Below are positions 46,267 through 55,315 of a DNA stretch of 64,000 nucleotides, piece after piece. Origin of the DNA: an uncultured virus (IMG/VR IMGVR_UViG_3300049846_002026) (Duplodnaviria > Heunggongvirae > Uroviricota > Caudoviricetes). The notes beneath the pieces were generated by a model, which saw only the letters and a list, made by a program, of their open reading frames with translations, had not been told where the DNA came from and made no database searches. The translations under genes were made by a program, and so were the position numbers. The stretch is from the IMG/VR virus record IMGVR_UViG_3300049846_002026. One strand, given 5' to 3'. Position 1 is the first letter of the stretch. Each line of letters opens with the position of its first letter.

Positions 46267-46497
46267 ATGAGCACCAAAGTCGCTGAACCTTGCCCTTGCT
46301 GTGGCACAAGCACAACCCCGACGGACAAGCCCTTGACTGTGGACATCCGCGGTGGTATGATCCCGGTACGCATGTGGCGGTACGTTTGTGCCAACAGCGA
46401 GTGCGGGTGGGTCTGGAGCAATGTCGCACAGCGCGAACACAACGCACAGGTCTACAAGGTCGCACGGAAGTTGGAGTACGCCGGATACTACGGCTAA
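46267..46497 (+). CDS. small Zn-ribbon protein
   Basis: CPCC...CANSEC. Confidence 0.6.
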   Translation: MSTKVAEPCPCCGTSTTPTDKPLTVDIRGGMIPVRMWRYVCANSECGWVWSNVAQREHNAQVYKVARKLEYAGYYG

Positions 46498-46502
46498 TCG
46501 TT

Positions 46503-46576
46503 GCCCGTATAGCTCAACTGGATAGAGCGCAGCCCTCCGGAGGCTGAGGTTGGGGGTTCGAATCCCTCTATGGGCG
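46503..46576 (+). tRNA. tRNA-Arg(CCG)
   Basis: CAGCC-CT CCG GA-GGCTG. Confidence 0.94.
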
Positions 46577-46584
46577 CTTGCAGG

Positions 46585-46659
46585 GCCTTCGTAGCTCAAC
46601 TGGAACAGAGCAGCACCCTTCTAAGGTGTGGGTTGCGAGTTCGAGTCTCGCCGGGGGCA
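46585..46659 (+). tRNA. tRNA-Arg(TCT)
   Basis: GCACC-CT TCT AA-GGTGT. Confidence 0.93.
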
Positions 46660-46671
46660 TGTAGTTCGTGA

Positions 46672-46743
46672 CGCGGGGTAGCGCAGTGGTAGCGCACTGG
46701 CCTCATAATCCAGAGGACGTGAGTTCGATTCTCACCCCCGCCA
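46672..46743 (+). tRNA. tRNA-Met(CAT), initiator-like
   Basis: CGCGGGG acceptor with C1xC72 mismatch; CT CAT AA loop. Confidence 0.88.
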
Positions 46744-46844
46744 TAGCTGGTCACACTCGATCGCAGAACATGAACTGCAGGCCGGTCAAGAATCGAGAAG
46801 TGCGTCATAAATGGTGAGCACCCATTCCAGTGAAGTGCTCGTAC

Positions 46845-46916
46845 GCCCTTGTAGCTCAACGGTAGAGCAGCCCACTCCTAAGGGGCAGGTTGCTGGTTCA
46901 AGTCCAGTCAGGGGCA
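46845..46916 (+). tRNA. tRNA-Arg(CCT)
   Basis: GCCCA-CT CCT AA-GGGGC. Confidence 0.9.
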
Positions 46917-46933
46917 TCTTCAACGGAGTACGT

Positions 46934-47179
46934 ATGGCAAAGCTGAAATGGGTTGCGGACGAGCGCAAACAGCGGCTGGTTGACACGGACACCGGAAAGG
47001 TCGTAGGCGACATTGTGCTCGTCGCTGTGCATACCTACGGTGCCAAGCTGAGGGAGCCGGTCGAATGGTGGCAGGCCTACCAGAACGGTTACCTGGGCGA
47101 GTACATGGGCCTTGACGCAGCACGTAAGGCTGTAGTACGTTCCTACACGCAGCCAGGTGAACCAAAGCGTTGGTGGTAA
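46934..47179 (+). CDS. hypothetical protein
   Basis: GGAG RBS. Confidence 0.6.
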   Translation: MAKLKWVADERKQRLVDTDTGKVVGDIVLVAVHTYGAKLREPVEWWQAYQNGYLGEYMGLDAARKAVVRSYTQPGEPKRWW

Positions 47180-47182
47180 GTC

Positions 47183-47254
47183 GTACCAGTGGCCAAGTGG
47201 AAAGGCGGCAGATTGCAACCCTGCTACGCGTCGGTTCGATTCCGACCTGGTACT
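47183..47254 (+). tRNA. tRNA-Cys(GCA)
   Basis: GCAGA-TT GCA AC-CCTGC; U73. Confidence 0.9.
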
Positions 47255-47255
47255 T

Positions 47256-47477
47256 ATGAAGATCACACGTAGCGCCGTGCTGTTTCGGCTCTCTGCAGGC
47301 TCCATCACGAGCGACTGGGTTGAGAGCTTCGACGCGGCAATCACGCTTAAGAAGAAAGGGAAGTGGCCGGCCGAGACCAAGATCCAGCGCCTGGACACTA
47401 CCGAAACGCTCACAGAAGTACTAGAGCTCCCTGCAGAGCCCGCTACTGCAGTCGTTGTTGGTGAGTCGCGAGGGTAG
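47256..47477 (+). CDS. hypothetical protein
   Basis: ATG right after tRNA. Confidence 0.55.
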   Translation: MKITRSAVLFRLSAGSITSDWVESFDAAITLKKKGKWPAETKIQRLDTTETLTEVLELPAEPATAVVVGESRG

Positions 47478-47642
47478 CCCATCGTGCGGGGTCCTCGAAA
47501 AAATAGCGCACGGACCGGGACTGGAGCTACTCTTCGTGGCAGTCAGGGGACCTTTGGAAGAGCAGCAGTGATGGGGCAGGTGGCACAATGCAGATGTCAT
47601 CTGGCTGGTGGAGCCTTCGACAAGCCCATGAACCCATCCGTC

Positions 47643-47715
47643 GCACCCATAGCTCAGCGGCAAGAGCGTTCGCTTGACATGCGAAAGGTCACTGGTTCAA
47701 ATCCAGTTGGGTGCA
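47643..47715 (+). tRNA. tRNA-Val(GAC)
   Basis: TTCGC-TT GAC AT-GCGAA. Confidence 0.93.
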
Positions 47716-47716
47716 T

Positions 47717-47944
47717 ATGACTCCGATCTTGCCTGACAACTTCTGGAAGAAGCGCGAACGGTGCTGGGCCTGCAAGCGGGTAGTCAGCTTGGCGGCGTGG
47801 CGGCGTGGCGAAGTGGAAGAGCTGGACATCAGTACCGCTGCGCACGACGAGCCCTATGTGGTGGTAGTGCACAGGGTAGACGGGTGCGAAAGCAAGACCC
47901 TCAAACAGATCAGGGCAGAACTTGCGGCCCAGGAGACGGTGTGA
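47717..47944 (+). CDS. hypothetical protein
   Basis: ATG right after tRNA; GTGA coupling to next gene. Confidence 0.55.
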   Translation: MTPILPDNFWKKRERCWACKRVVSLAAWRRGEVEELDISTAAHDEPYVVVVHRVDGCESKTLKQIRAELAAQETV

Positions 47945-48975
47945 CATTCAGCTTTAGCAAGCTTCTGCATCGGGTCACCGCGGCTCACCCAGCGGACACG
48001 CTGGACCTCGAACTATCAAGTGGTCTGGCAAAGGCAGGCGCCAGCGTCCACTTCGCGCCACTGGACGCCATGGTGGGCGTACGGTCTGGTGACGACAAGA
48101 GCACGATCGTGCTGACGGCGCACCGCGATCAGATCGGCTTCCGCATTTCGCAGTACGACGAGAACGGCTTTGCCTTGTTCGTGCCGGTTGGTGGTTGGGA
48201 TCCGCAGATTCTCGTAGGTCAGCCGGTGGTGGTTGGACGGCACTATCAGCCTGGTGTGATCGGGCGCAAGGCCATCCACCTGCTCAAGGACGGCGACGAG
48301 AAGCAGGTCGTGAAGCTGGAGAACATGTGGATCGACTTCGGCTTCAAGTCGGCGGAAGAGGGCAAGCAGAAGCTGCCGATCGGGAGCTTCGGTGTGGTCG
48401 ACCGCGGACCTAGCACCCTGGCCAACGATCGGTTCAGCTCGCGCGCCCTGGACGACCTGGCCGGCTGTGTGGTCGCGATCGAAGCCATGGGACGGTGCAC
48501 GGTAACGCCAAACGCACCCACCCTGGTCACGGTGCTGACCAAGCACGAAGAGACCATTTGGCTGGGTGTGAGCGGCAACTACGTGGCGGAGGTCGTGCGG
48601 CCGATGTGCATCATCGCGCTCGACGTCACGTTCGCTGAGGACCCGGACACCGTCGCGAAGGACAACAACGGCGTAAAGCTGGGTGGCGGTCCCGTGATCT
48701 ACCACGGTGGTATGTTGGACGAGCAGCTGACCCAGCGGATCGTCGCTCTGGCGCAAGAGCGGAAGATCCCATACCAGGAAGCCGTGATCGGCGGACACAG
48801 CAGCACCGACGCGGACGGCATGGCCCTGGGCGGCACTGGACAGCGGACCCTGCTCATCAGCATTCCCCTCCGCTACATGCACTCTCCGGTCGAGCTGGTG
48901 GACTTGCAGGACTTGGAGCACACGATCCAACTGCTCCAGGCAATCCACGAAACAGCCGCAAAGCGGGACCTGTAG
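47941..48975 (+). CDS. M42 family metallo-aminopeptidase
   Basis: AHRDQIGF, VGGWD, MWIDFG, RALDDLAG, HEE, IALDVT, KLGGGP, PLRYMHSPVE. Confidence 0.9.
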   Translation: MTFSFSKLLHRVTAAHPADTLDLELSSGLAKAGASVHFAPLDAMVGVRSGDDKSTIVLTAHRDQIGFRISQYDENGFALFVPVGGWDPQILVGQPVVVGRHYQPGVIGRKAIHLLKDGDEKQVVKLENMWIDFGFKSAEEGKQKLPIGSFGVVDRGPSTLANDRFSSRALDDLAGCVVAIEAMGRCTVTPNAPTLVTVLTKHEETIWLGVSGNYVAEVVRPMCIIALDVTFAEDPDTVAKDNNGVKLGGGPVIYHGGMLDEQLTQRIVALAQERKIPYQEAVIGGHSSTDADGMALGGTGQRTLLISIPLRYMHSPVELVDLQDLEHTIQLLQAIHETAAKRDL

Positions 48976-48978
48976 GCC

Positions 48979-49007
48979 TTGACATGTACGAGGTAACCCA
49001 CTAGGTT
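48979..49007 (+). promoter_or_regulatory. sigma70-like promoter overlapped by inverted repeat
   Basis: TTGACA-N17-TAGGTT; AGGTAACC-N5-GGTTACCT over the -10. Confidence 0.7.
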
Positions 49008-49015
49008 ACCTCCAC

Positions 49016-49088
49016 GCCACCATAGCTCAGCTGGAAGAGCACCTGATTTGTAATCAGGCGGTCGTCGGTTCGATCCCGACTGGTGGCT
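49016..49088 (+). tRNA. tRNA-Thr(TGT)
   Basis: CCTGA-TT TGT AA-TCAGG. Confidence 0.94.
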
Positions 49089-49281
49089 CTAGGTGGGTCA
49101 ATCCAATAGTCCCTGGACGGGCGAGTCGCGTAAGCGCCGCTATGAGCTGTGCACAGCGCGCCGGGGTGCGGATTGGCGGGGTTCCTTACCGAGTTACCCT
49201 AGCACCAGGGCCTGGAAACCCAAACGCTAAAACTCCGACGCCGGTGACCACGTAGGCAACTACGGCGATAGGTCACCACCA

Positions 49282-49354
49282 GGACGATTAGCTCAGCGGT
49301 GAGAGCAGCTGCCTTACACGCAGCGGGTCGGGGGTTCGAATCCCTCATCGTCCA
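49282..49354 (+). tRNA. tRNA-Val(TAC)
   Basis: GCTGC-CT TAC AC-GCAGC. Confidence 0.94.
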
Positions 49355-49355
49355 T

Positions 49356-49685
49356 ATGCCTATCAAACAAGAAGGTTGGATCGGTTTCGATTTCGACGGC
49401 ACGATCGCTACGCACTACCCGGGTCAGTACGGCCTGGGTGATCCGATTCCGTCCATGATCGAGCTCCTGAAGCAGTACCTGGCCCAGGGCTACGAGGTGC
49501 GCATCGTGACGGCACGGGCGGCAAGCCCTGGCGCTGTGGCGGCGATTCGTGGTTGGTGCCACGAGTACATCGGGCAGATGCTTGACGTTACCGACCGCAA
49601 GGATTACGACATGCTGTTGCTCTACGATGACCGCGCGATCGCAGTAGAATCCAACACCGGCCGCACGAGCGGCTTCCGTACCTAG
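49356..49685 (+). CDS. small HAD-superfamily protein
   Basis: FDFDGTI, VTAR, K, YDDRA. Confidence 0.8.
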   Translation: MPIKQEGWIGFDFDGTIATHYPGQYGLGDPIPSMIELLKQYLAQGYEVRIVTARAASPGAVAAIRGWCHEYIGQMLDVTDRKDYDMLLLYDDRAIAVESNTGRTSGFRT

Positions 49686-49693
49686 GAGGTAGT

Positions 49694-49945
49694 ATGGAAC
49701 GTCGGGGTTTCCTTGCGGCACTGCCGCTCGCATTTGCAGGTGCCGTGACGGGTCGGTTCTCGACCAAGCAGCCAAACCAGGCGGGTCTGCCCTTCGTCGC
49801 ACAGGATCGCGATGGGCAGCTGTACGCCGCGGTGATGGAGCCGATCGACAGCTTGCCGGCTGGATCGAAGGTCGGAATCGTGGTGAACGAGAGTGGGATG
49901 GTGGACGTACACGGAAAGGACCTGGTTCTTCGGCCGCTCGCGTAG
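49694..49945 (+). CDS. small protein with twin-arginine-like N-terminus
   Basis: AGGAGG RBS; MERRGFLAALPLAFAGAV. Confidence 0.65.
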   Translation: MERRGFLAALPLAFAGAVTGRFSTKQPNQAGLPFVAQDRDGQLYAAVMEPIDSLPAGSKVGIVVNESGMVDVHGKDLVLRPLA

Positions 49946-49953
49946 CGGCCAAC

Positions 49954-50026
49954 GCCCCTGTAGCTCAACTGGCAGAGTATCGCATTCGTAATGCGGCGGT
50001 TAGCGGTTCGACTCCGCTCAGGGGCT
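49954..50026 (+). tRNA. tRNA-Thr(CGT)
   Basis: TCGCA-TT CGT AA-TGCGG. Confidence 0.92.
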
Positions 50027-50048
50027 CTTCTTCAACTGGAGTACACGC

Positions 50049-50324
50049 GTGAACGAGAAAGCAGTCGCGATCGAGATTCTGAAGATCACACTCTTCGTCG
50101 CTACCAGCCTTGGGCTGTTCATCTGGATCAGCAACCTCTACGATCGGTTGGAGGACACGAAGCGCTCACTGGAGTACGAGCGCAAGGAAACCGAACGCCT
50201 CCGGGAAGAGGTGACGCAGTTCCGGCGCGGTGCTGCGATTCTGCATTCGGAGCATGGCCTGGAACTGACCTTCCAGCCCGCGGCCTGGGCGCCGAAGCCC
50301 GTCAAGAAGGGGAAGGGAGCGTAA
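50049..50324 (+). CDS. membrane-anchored coiled-coil protein
   Basis: N-terminal TM then heptad-rich segment. Confidence 0.6.
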   Translation: MNEKAVAIEILKITLFVATSLGLFIWISNLYDRLEDTKRSLEYERKETERLREEVTQFRRGAAILHSEHGLELTFQPAAWAPKPVKKGKGA

Positions 50325-50325
50325 C

Positions 50326-50862
50326 GTGGCGCACGTGATGTTGGATCTGGAGACACTGGGGCGTAGCGCAGGCTGTGTGGTGCTGAGCATCGGCGCGGTG
50401 CGCTTCGACATGGAGAAGGGCCTGCAGGAAGAGTTCTATCGGGTGATCGATCTGGACACCAGCCTCGCGGCAGGCCTGAAGGTCGAGCCAGAGACCGTAG
50501 CGTGGTGGTTCCAGCAGGAGCCCGAGGCACGGAAGGTGCTGCTGGAGGCCATGAACGGCACAGCGTGTGGGCTTCGGACAGCTCTTCAGGACCTGCAGGA
50601 GTTTCTCAAGCCTGACGATCTGATCTGGGGCAACGGTGCCACCTTCGACAACGCGATTGTGGTGGCGGCGGCGGAAGCAGTCAACCTGCCGCGGCCGTGG
50701 AGCTACCGGAACGATCGGTGCTTCCGGACCCTGCGGTCGCTGTACCCCGATGTGAACTGGCCGCAGACGACAGGTATTCTGCACCATGCGCTGGACGACG
50801 CCAAGACGCAGGCCCAACTGGCCGTGAAGATCATGCTGGAACATCGGTATAACGTGGTGTAG
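50326..50862 (+). CDS. DEDDh 3'-5' exonuclease/exoribonuclease
   Basis: MLDLETLG, SIGAV, WGNGATFD, HHALDDA. Confidence 0.9.
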   Translation: MAHVMLDLETLGRSAGCVVLSIGAVRFDMEKGLQEEFYRVIDLDTSLAAGLKVEPETVAWWFQQEPEARKVLLEAMNGTACGLRTALQDLQEFLKPDDLIWGNGATFDNAIVVAAAEAVNLPRPWSYRNDRCFRTLRSLYPDVNWPQTTGILHHALDDAKTQAQLAVKIMLEHRYNVV

Positions 50863-50925
50863 CTCAAATGGTAGAGCACCGTCTTCGGGAGACGGGGGTT
50901 GCTGGTCCGAGTCCAGTCACCGCGA
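50853..50925 (+). tRNA. tRNA-Pro(CGG)
   Basis: CCGTC-TT CGG GA-GACGG; T-loop TCCGAGT. Confidence 0.88.
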
Positions 50926-50947
50926 CTTCACTCTCAACTCACTAGGT

Positions 50948-51262
50948 ATGCTGTACACTCAGCCGCTTCGGATGTTTGGCTTTCACGAGATGGATGTGCT
51001 CGCGGAAGCACTGGACGAGAACAACGAAGTGATCTTCGATCTGCCGCAGCTCTCACTGTACAAGGGCGCGAATGGTAACAGCTCTGATGTTACGTGGGTG
51101 GCGCCTCGTCCAATGACGATCGGCGCCGTTCGTTTGCTTTTCAAACAGCACCCGTCGCAGCCCTTCCTGCTGTTCAAGCCAGCTCCGGTAGTGGATGTTT
51201 TGACTGCCGAGTCGGTCACGATTGAGATTCCGCTCATTAACTACAGCGACCGCGAGCCGTAA
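50948..51262 (+). CDS. hypothetical protein
   Basis: ORF between tRNAs. Confidence 0.55.
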   Translation: MLYTQPLRMFGFHEMDVLAEALDENNEVIFDLPQLSLYKGANGNSSDVTWVAPRPMTIGAVRLLFKQHPSQPFLLFKPAPVVDVLTAESVTIEIPLINYSDREP

Positions 51263-51488
51263 AGTGGCCCTCTACACTGTGCAGTATCTGGACAGCCAGT
51301 CCAAGTGGCACTACTTGGAGAATGAGATTAGCCGGTCCGCGAAGTGGTTCTTGACGGAAGAAGCTGCCGTGCGGTACCTGCTGAATAGGGACCCAGCCAA
51401 CGACCCGTGGAAGCACACCGGACGGTACAGGGTCTTGCGGGGCGGAGCCGTCGTGCTTACATTGGCACGTGGTCCTGCGTAACAAGCT

Positions 51489-51578
51489 GGAAACGTGGGT
51501 GAGAGGCTAAAACCAGCGGTTTGCTAAACCGCCGAACGACTTATGGTTGTTCCGAGGGTTCGAATCCCTCCGTTTCCG
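51489..51578 (+). tRNA. tRNA-Ser(GCT)
   Basis: GCGGT-TT GCT AA-ACCGC. Confidence 0.94.
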
Positions 51579-51589
51579 TGTGAGGTCCA

Positions 51590-52021
51590 ATGCGAACGAC
51601 TTACTGGGTAGTGGCAGGGATCTCGCTACTAGCTGTGCTGCTCTGGTTGGGGCGGCGCAAACTTCTCTCACTCTTGCTTCGGCTAGGGAGGTACGTAATG
51701 GTTACCGTATTGTTTGGGGCGGCGCTGCCCCACGTCGCTCGGGTGTGCGCTGCGTTGCTTGGCCCCACCCTGCGCACCTTGGCGCTTGACCGCGTCATGC
51801 TGCGCACCACTCTCGACAAGGTCGCTGACGCCCTCCAGGGCCAGGCCGTGACCTACGCCGCCATGGGCAGCTACACGGCGGCTGAGCAGCAGGATCTGGT
51901 CGAGGGCATTCGTGACGGCATCCAGGCCGTCCTCACCGAGAAGAACGTGACCGTTCCGGCATCGGACGTCGGTCGCCTTCTCGACGCCATCGTCGCCCGG
52001 GCCTTCCCGGCAGGAGCCTAA
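51590..52021 (+). CDS. hypothetical membrane protein
   Basis: GAGG RBS; alternative start near 51698. Confidence 0.6.
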   Translation: MRTTYWVVAGISLLAVLLWLGRRKLLSLLLRLGRYVMVTVLFGAALPHVARVCAALLGPTLRTLALDRVMLRTTLDKVADALQGQAVTYAAMGSYTAAEQQDLVEGIRDGIQAVLTEKNVTVPASDVGRLLDAIVARAFPAGA

Positions 52022-52024
52022 CCA

Positions 52025-52528
52025 GTGGCACAGATCGAGCCGCACAAGTCCGTCCAGATCCTGCATTCGCTTCGGCAGGAGCTGGCCGGCCTCCAGGGTA
52101 ACCTGGCAATCGCCCAGGACGCCTTCGAGCAGACCGTCATGACCCTCCGCAACCGGATCTCTGAGCTCAAGGAGCAGATCGGGTTCGCGGAAGAGGTGAT
52201 CGAGGCCCAGGCGCTCGACACCTACACCAAGACCCAGGACAAGAAGCCCCTTCCCGGCGTGACCGTGAAGATCTTCAAGGGCCTCAAGTACGACGAGCAG
52301 AAGGCCTTGGCCTGGGCCGCAGAAAAGAAGATGTGCATCAGCCTCGACAAGAAGGCGTTCGAGAAGGTAGCTTCGGCTGCCAACCTGGACTTCGTCGAGC
52401 AGATCGAAGAGCCGCGGGTGCAGGTCAGTAAGGACCTGGCCGAAGCCCTGGAGCCCTATCGGGACCAGCCAATGATCCCGGCAGATCTGGCGGCGACCTT
52501 CGAGCAGACCGGACTTACGCCTGAGTAG
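52025..52528 (+). CDS. coiled-coil phage protein
   Basis: GGAG RBS, strong codon bias. Confidence 0.7.
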   Translation: MAQIEPHKSVQILHSLRQELAGLQGNLAIAQDAFEQTVMTLRNRISELKEQIGFAEEVIEAQALDTYTKTQDKKPLPGVTVKIFKGLKYDEQKALAWAAEKKMCISLDKKAFEKVASAANLDFVEQIEEPRVQVSKDLAEALEPYRDQPMIPADLAATFEQTGLTPE

Positions 52529-52594
52529 CTTAGCGGCCAAAGCCGCAGAATCATAATCTGCCGATCGTCGGTTCGAGTCCGACCTCAGGTACCA
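52519..52594 (+). tRNA. tRNA with CAT anticodon (elongator Met or Ile2)
   Basis: GCAGA-AT CAT AA-TCTGC; encoded CCA. Confidence 0.9.
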
Positions 52595-52632
52595 AAAAGA
52601 AACCCCCCAGGCTCATCGCTTGGGGGGTTTCG
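52594..52632. terminator. bidirectional intrinsic terminator at strand convergence
   Basis: AAAAAGAAACCCCCCA...TGGGGGGTTTC. Confidence 0.8.
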
Positions 52633-52647
52633 TCTTGCCGCTAGTTG

Positions 52648-53142
52648 TTACGCCTTGCCAGTCGAACCGAAGCCGCCTGCCCGTTCCGTGGTCCGGTCTA
52701 CGGTGCCCGCGCACCACTCGATCGGGGGCTCGACCTTGGCGATCACGATCTGGGCGATCCGATCCCCATGCCGGACGGTGAAGTCCTCTTCACTGAGGTT
52801 GATCAGACCCACCATCCACTCGTCCGGGTAGTCACAGTCAATCGTGCCCGGGCTGTTGGCCACGGTGATGCCCTTCTTGATGGCCAGTCCGCTCCGGGGC
52901 CGAACCTGCGCCTCGTAGCCGGCAGGCAGCTGCGCCTTGAACCCCAACGGAATGAGGGCCCGGTCCCCTGGCATAAGCACCAGCTCGCCCGTCAGCTTCC
53001 ATTCCACACCGTGCCGCCAGATCTTGGCCACCGAGGGGTCGTTGAGGCAGGCAAACACGTCGTAGCCGGCGCTGCCCGCGGTCATGGCCTGGGGCAAACT
53101 GGCCGTGACATTCGTCAGTTCGTAGATGATCTGGGGCATCAA
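52648..53142 (-). CDS. dut: dUTPase (trimeric)
   Basis: SAGYD, RPRSGLA, NSPGTIDCDY, GDRIAQ, RAGGFGSTG. Confidence 0.96.
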   Translation of the reverse strand: MMPQIIYELTNVTASLPQAMTAGSAGYDVFACLNDPSVAKIWRHGVEWKLTGELVLMPGDRALIPLGFKAQLPAGYEAQVRPRSGLAIKKGITVANSPGTIDCDYPDEWMVGLINLSEEDFTVRHGDRIAQIVIAKVEPPIEWCAGTVDRTTERAGGFGSTGKA

Positions 53143-53393
53143 ATCGAGGCCTTGAGCACCCGGGCTCCGAAGTAGGCGCCCAGCAGGCTGACGTAGGTCA
53201 TGCCCGGAAGGGGAAGCTTGCCCAGGGTGACGAGCGCCGTGTTCACACCCAGCCAGATCAGCGCGGTACCCACGATCACGCCAACCACCCGTCCTGCCAC
53301 CATCAGGCCCACCATCCGCCCGATGTCCCGCTTGAACTTCGCTACTGCGGCCTCCCGCTCAGCGGCGGTCGGCTGTCCCGTCTTGTCGTTCAC
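53139..53393 (-). CDS. small membrane protein
   Basis: two TM segments; GGAG RBS. Confidence 0.6.
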   Translation of the reverse strand: MNDKTGQPTAAEREAAVAKFKRDIGRMVGLMVAGRVVGVIVGTALIWLGVNTALVTLGKLPLPGMTYVSLLGAYFGARVLKASI

Positions 53394-53404
53394 GTTGTTC
53401 TCCG

Positions 53405-54010
53405 TTACGGGGCGGCTTGCCCCAGGAAGAAGCTGCCAATGATGGCCAAGATGACCCCCACAGTGACGGCCACCTTCTTTACCCGCTCCCCAAATGTAGG
53501 CGGGGGCTCCGGTGCTGTCAAGATCTCCAGGACCCGGGTATTGAGGCTATCCACGCTCTGGGTCAGGTCCTTGATCCGGGTGCTGTCTTGCTCCGTCCGG
53601 GTGGTCAGGGTGGCAATCTCGGCTGCAGCCGCGGCTTTGGCCAGGTCGCAGGCGTTCAGGGCTTCCCGGCAGGCGTTCTGGACTGCCGGCAGCAGGGCCG
53701 CGGAGTCCTGGGTAGTAAGGGGGATGGAGTCGGCTAGGACCAGGGCACTGTCGCGTTTTGCGACATAGAGGGTGTCCCGCTTGGCCCGTACCTTCCGGAG
53801 CGAGTCCGTCAACTGCCTCAGCTTTGCGTTATCCGCCTCGTAGACGGCCTTTTCGGCCCTAGCCTGGTTCAGGGCCTCAACCGTGGCTAGAATCTCGTCC
53901 TGGGCCCCGCTGAGGGCCGTCTTGCCCCCGTTAAAGGTCCAAACGGCCAGCAGGGTGGCCACAACCGCAGCCACCCAGCCCCAAGCCCACTTCGGTACGC
54001 CTGTGCGCAT
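53405..54010 (-). CDS. membrane-anchored coiled-coil protein (spanin-like)
   Basis: N- and C-terminal hydrophobic segments around a coiled coil; follows tail genes. Confidence 0.55.
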   Translation of the reverse strand: MRTGVPKWAWGWVAAVVATLLAVWTFNGGKTALSGAQDEILATVEALNQARAEKAVYEADNAKLRQLTDSLRKVRAKRDTLYVAKRDSALVLADSIPLTTQDSAALLPAVQNACREALNACDLAKAAAAAEIATLTTRTEQDSTRIKDLTQSVDSLNTRVLEILTAPEPPPTFGERVKKVAVTVGVILAIIGSFFLGQAAP

Positions 54011-54011
54011 A

Positions 54012-54347
54012 CTAGAACTCCTGGTCGTGGTCTGTTTCGCCTACCCTGTGGCCTGGCGCTAGCCGGCCTTCGATTCTGGCGACCCGTACACGAACTTCCG
54101 TTAGGGTGTCGATCATGTGGGCAAGCGACTGCCTGAGCAGTCTAAGCTCTTCGTCGTTCTTCTCGGTGGCCTTCTTGAACATCCCCCAGGTCACCAGTCC
54201 GGTAGCCATCATGGCCAGCACGGTGCTGATTGCCACTTCGCTCAACGGAATGTTCATACTGGCCCCCTGTGTAGCAACGGCGCCGCCGGCCAGCATGGCC
54301 ATGGCGCCTACGATAGTCGTGTCAGTCATGCGGCGAACCTCGGCCAT
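54012..54347 (-). CDS. holin-like membrane protein
   Basis: two hydrophobic segments then VARIEGRL coiled tail; AGGAG RBS. Confidence 0.5.
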   Translation of the reverse strand: MAEVRRMTDTTIVGAMAMLAGGAVATQGASMNIPLSEVAISTVLAMMATGLVTWGMFKKATEKNDEELRLLRQSLAHMIDTLTEVRVRVARIEGRLAPGHRVGETDHDQEF

Positions 54348-54562
54348 AGTAGGACTCCTAGTCGGCGGTCTCTCCGCCCGTTTGCCCAAGTAAGTCGGTT
54401 CTAATCTTCGCCTTACGCAAAACACCGGCTAGCTGCACCAGCTGTTCGGCGATCGCTGTCCAGTTGGTGCCTGGCGGCAGATCGTCAGGGTCAAGTGCAA
54501 CGAGCTCATGGAGTACTTGGCCGGCGCTTTCGAGGGCTACGATGCAGCGCTGGCAGGCCATA

Positions 54563-54754
54563 CTAGAAGTAGCGCTTGGTGGGCGGCTGTGGCCCATCCA
54601 AGTCCCCGGGCAGGTCCGGGCCGGGGGACGCGCTGGGGGTATCCGCCGGATCCTGCTTCGTGCACCGTACCCGGCAGAAGTACCAGGCGACGGCCGCGCC
54701 GAACGCGATCGACGTCACAATCAACAGCACGTGTGTGGCAACCATCTTGTCCAT
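54563..54754 (-). CDS. small membrane protein
   Basis: single TM; AGGAGG upstream. Confidence 0.55.
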   Translation of the reverse strand: MDKMVATHVLLIVTSIAFGAAVAWYFCRVRCTKQDPADTPSASPGPDLPGDLDGPQPPTKRYF

Positions 54755-54783
54755 CCTAGCCTCCTAGAAAGTGGAATTGCTGC

Positions 54784-54812
54784 AATCTAACTGGTTGTAC
54801 GGAAAAGCGCAA
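54784..54812 (-). promoter_or_regulatory. sigma70-like promoter
   Basis: TTGCGC-N17-TAGATT on - strand; shares AACCAGTTAGATTGCA with the 27874 promoter. Confidence 0.65.
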
Positions 54813-54814
54813 GC

Positions 54815-55315
54815 TTAGGTCGGGAAAGCCCCGTCACCGATCGACTCCGTGTCCAGCAACACGTTACCTGAGCTGTAGAGCTTCACCGTCACACTGCCCG
54901 TAGCGCCAGCGCCTAGGCCGATGTTGTACTGCGCGGGCGACGCAGTGTACCCAGTCGACGGACCGAAGGGACCTGTGGTTGTGCCCGTGCCGCCACCACT
55001 GACGTTGCCTTCGATGGTAATGTACTCTCCACCTTGCGCACCACTGATCGCCCACACGATTTCGATGTACCCGCCGCCATCCCCGGGAGTGGAGCACGCA
55101 CCGTAGGTCATGGTCGTGAACGCAATCCCATGACTATAGCTGTACCACTCGCTCAAGGCGTGCGGGGTGGTGTTGTTGGGGTGCGTGCCGCCCGTATTGA
55201 TCGTCCCATAGCTGCCGGCCACCGCGGACGCGAAGCTGAAGCTGGCATTCGACGCCCGCCCCAGCTCCGTGTTGATCGCGCTTACGGCAAGGGTTCCGGA
55301 ACTTGTGATGGTCAT
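54815..55315 (-). CDS. tail fibre-associated protein
   Basis: SSGTLAVSAINTELG...LSEWYSY N-terminus, coupled to tail fibre stop. Confidence 0.65.
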   Translation of the reverse strand: MTITSSGTLAVSAINTELGRASNASFSFASAVAGSYGTINTGGTHPNNTTPHALSEWYSYSHGIAFTTMTYGACSTPGDGGGYIEIVWAISGAQGGEYITIEGNVSGGGTGTTTGPFGPSTGYTASPAQYNIGLGAGATGSVTVKLYSSGNVLLDTESIGDGAFPT

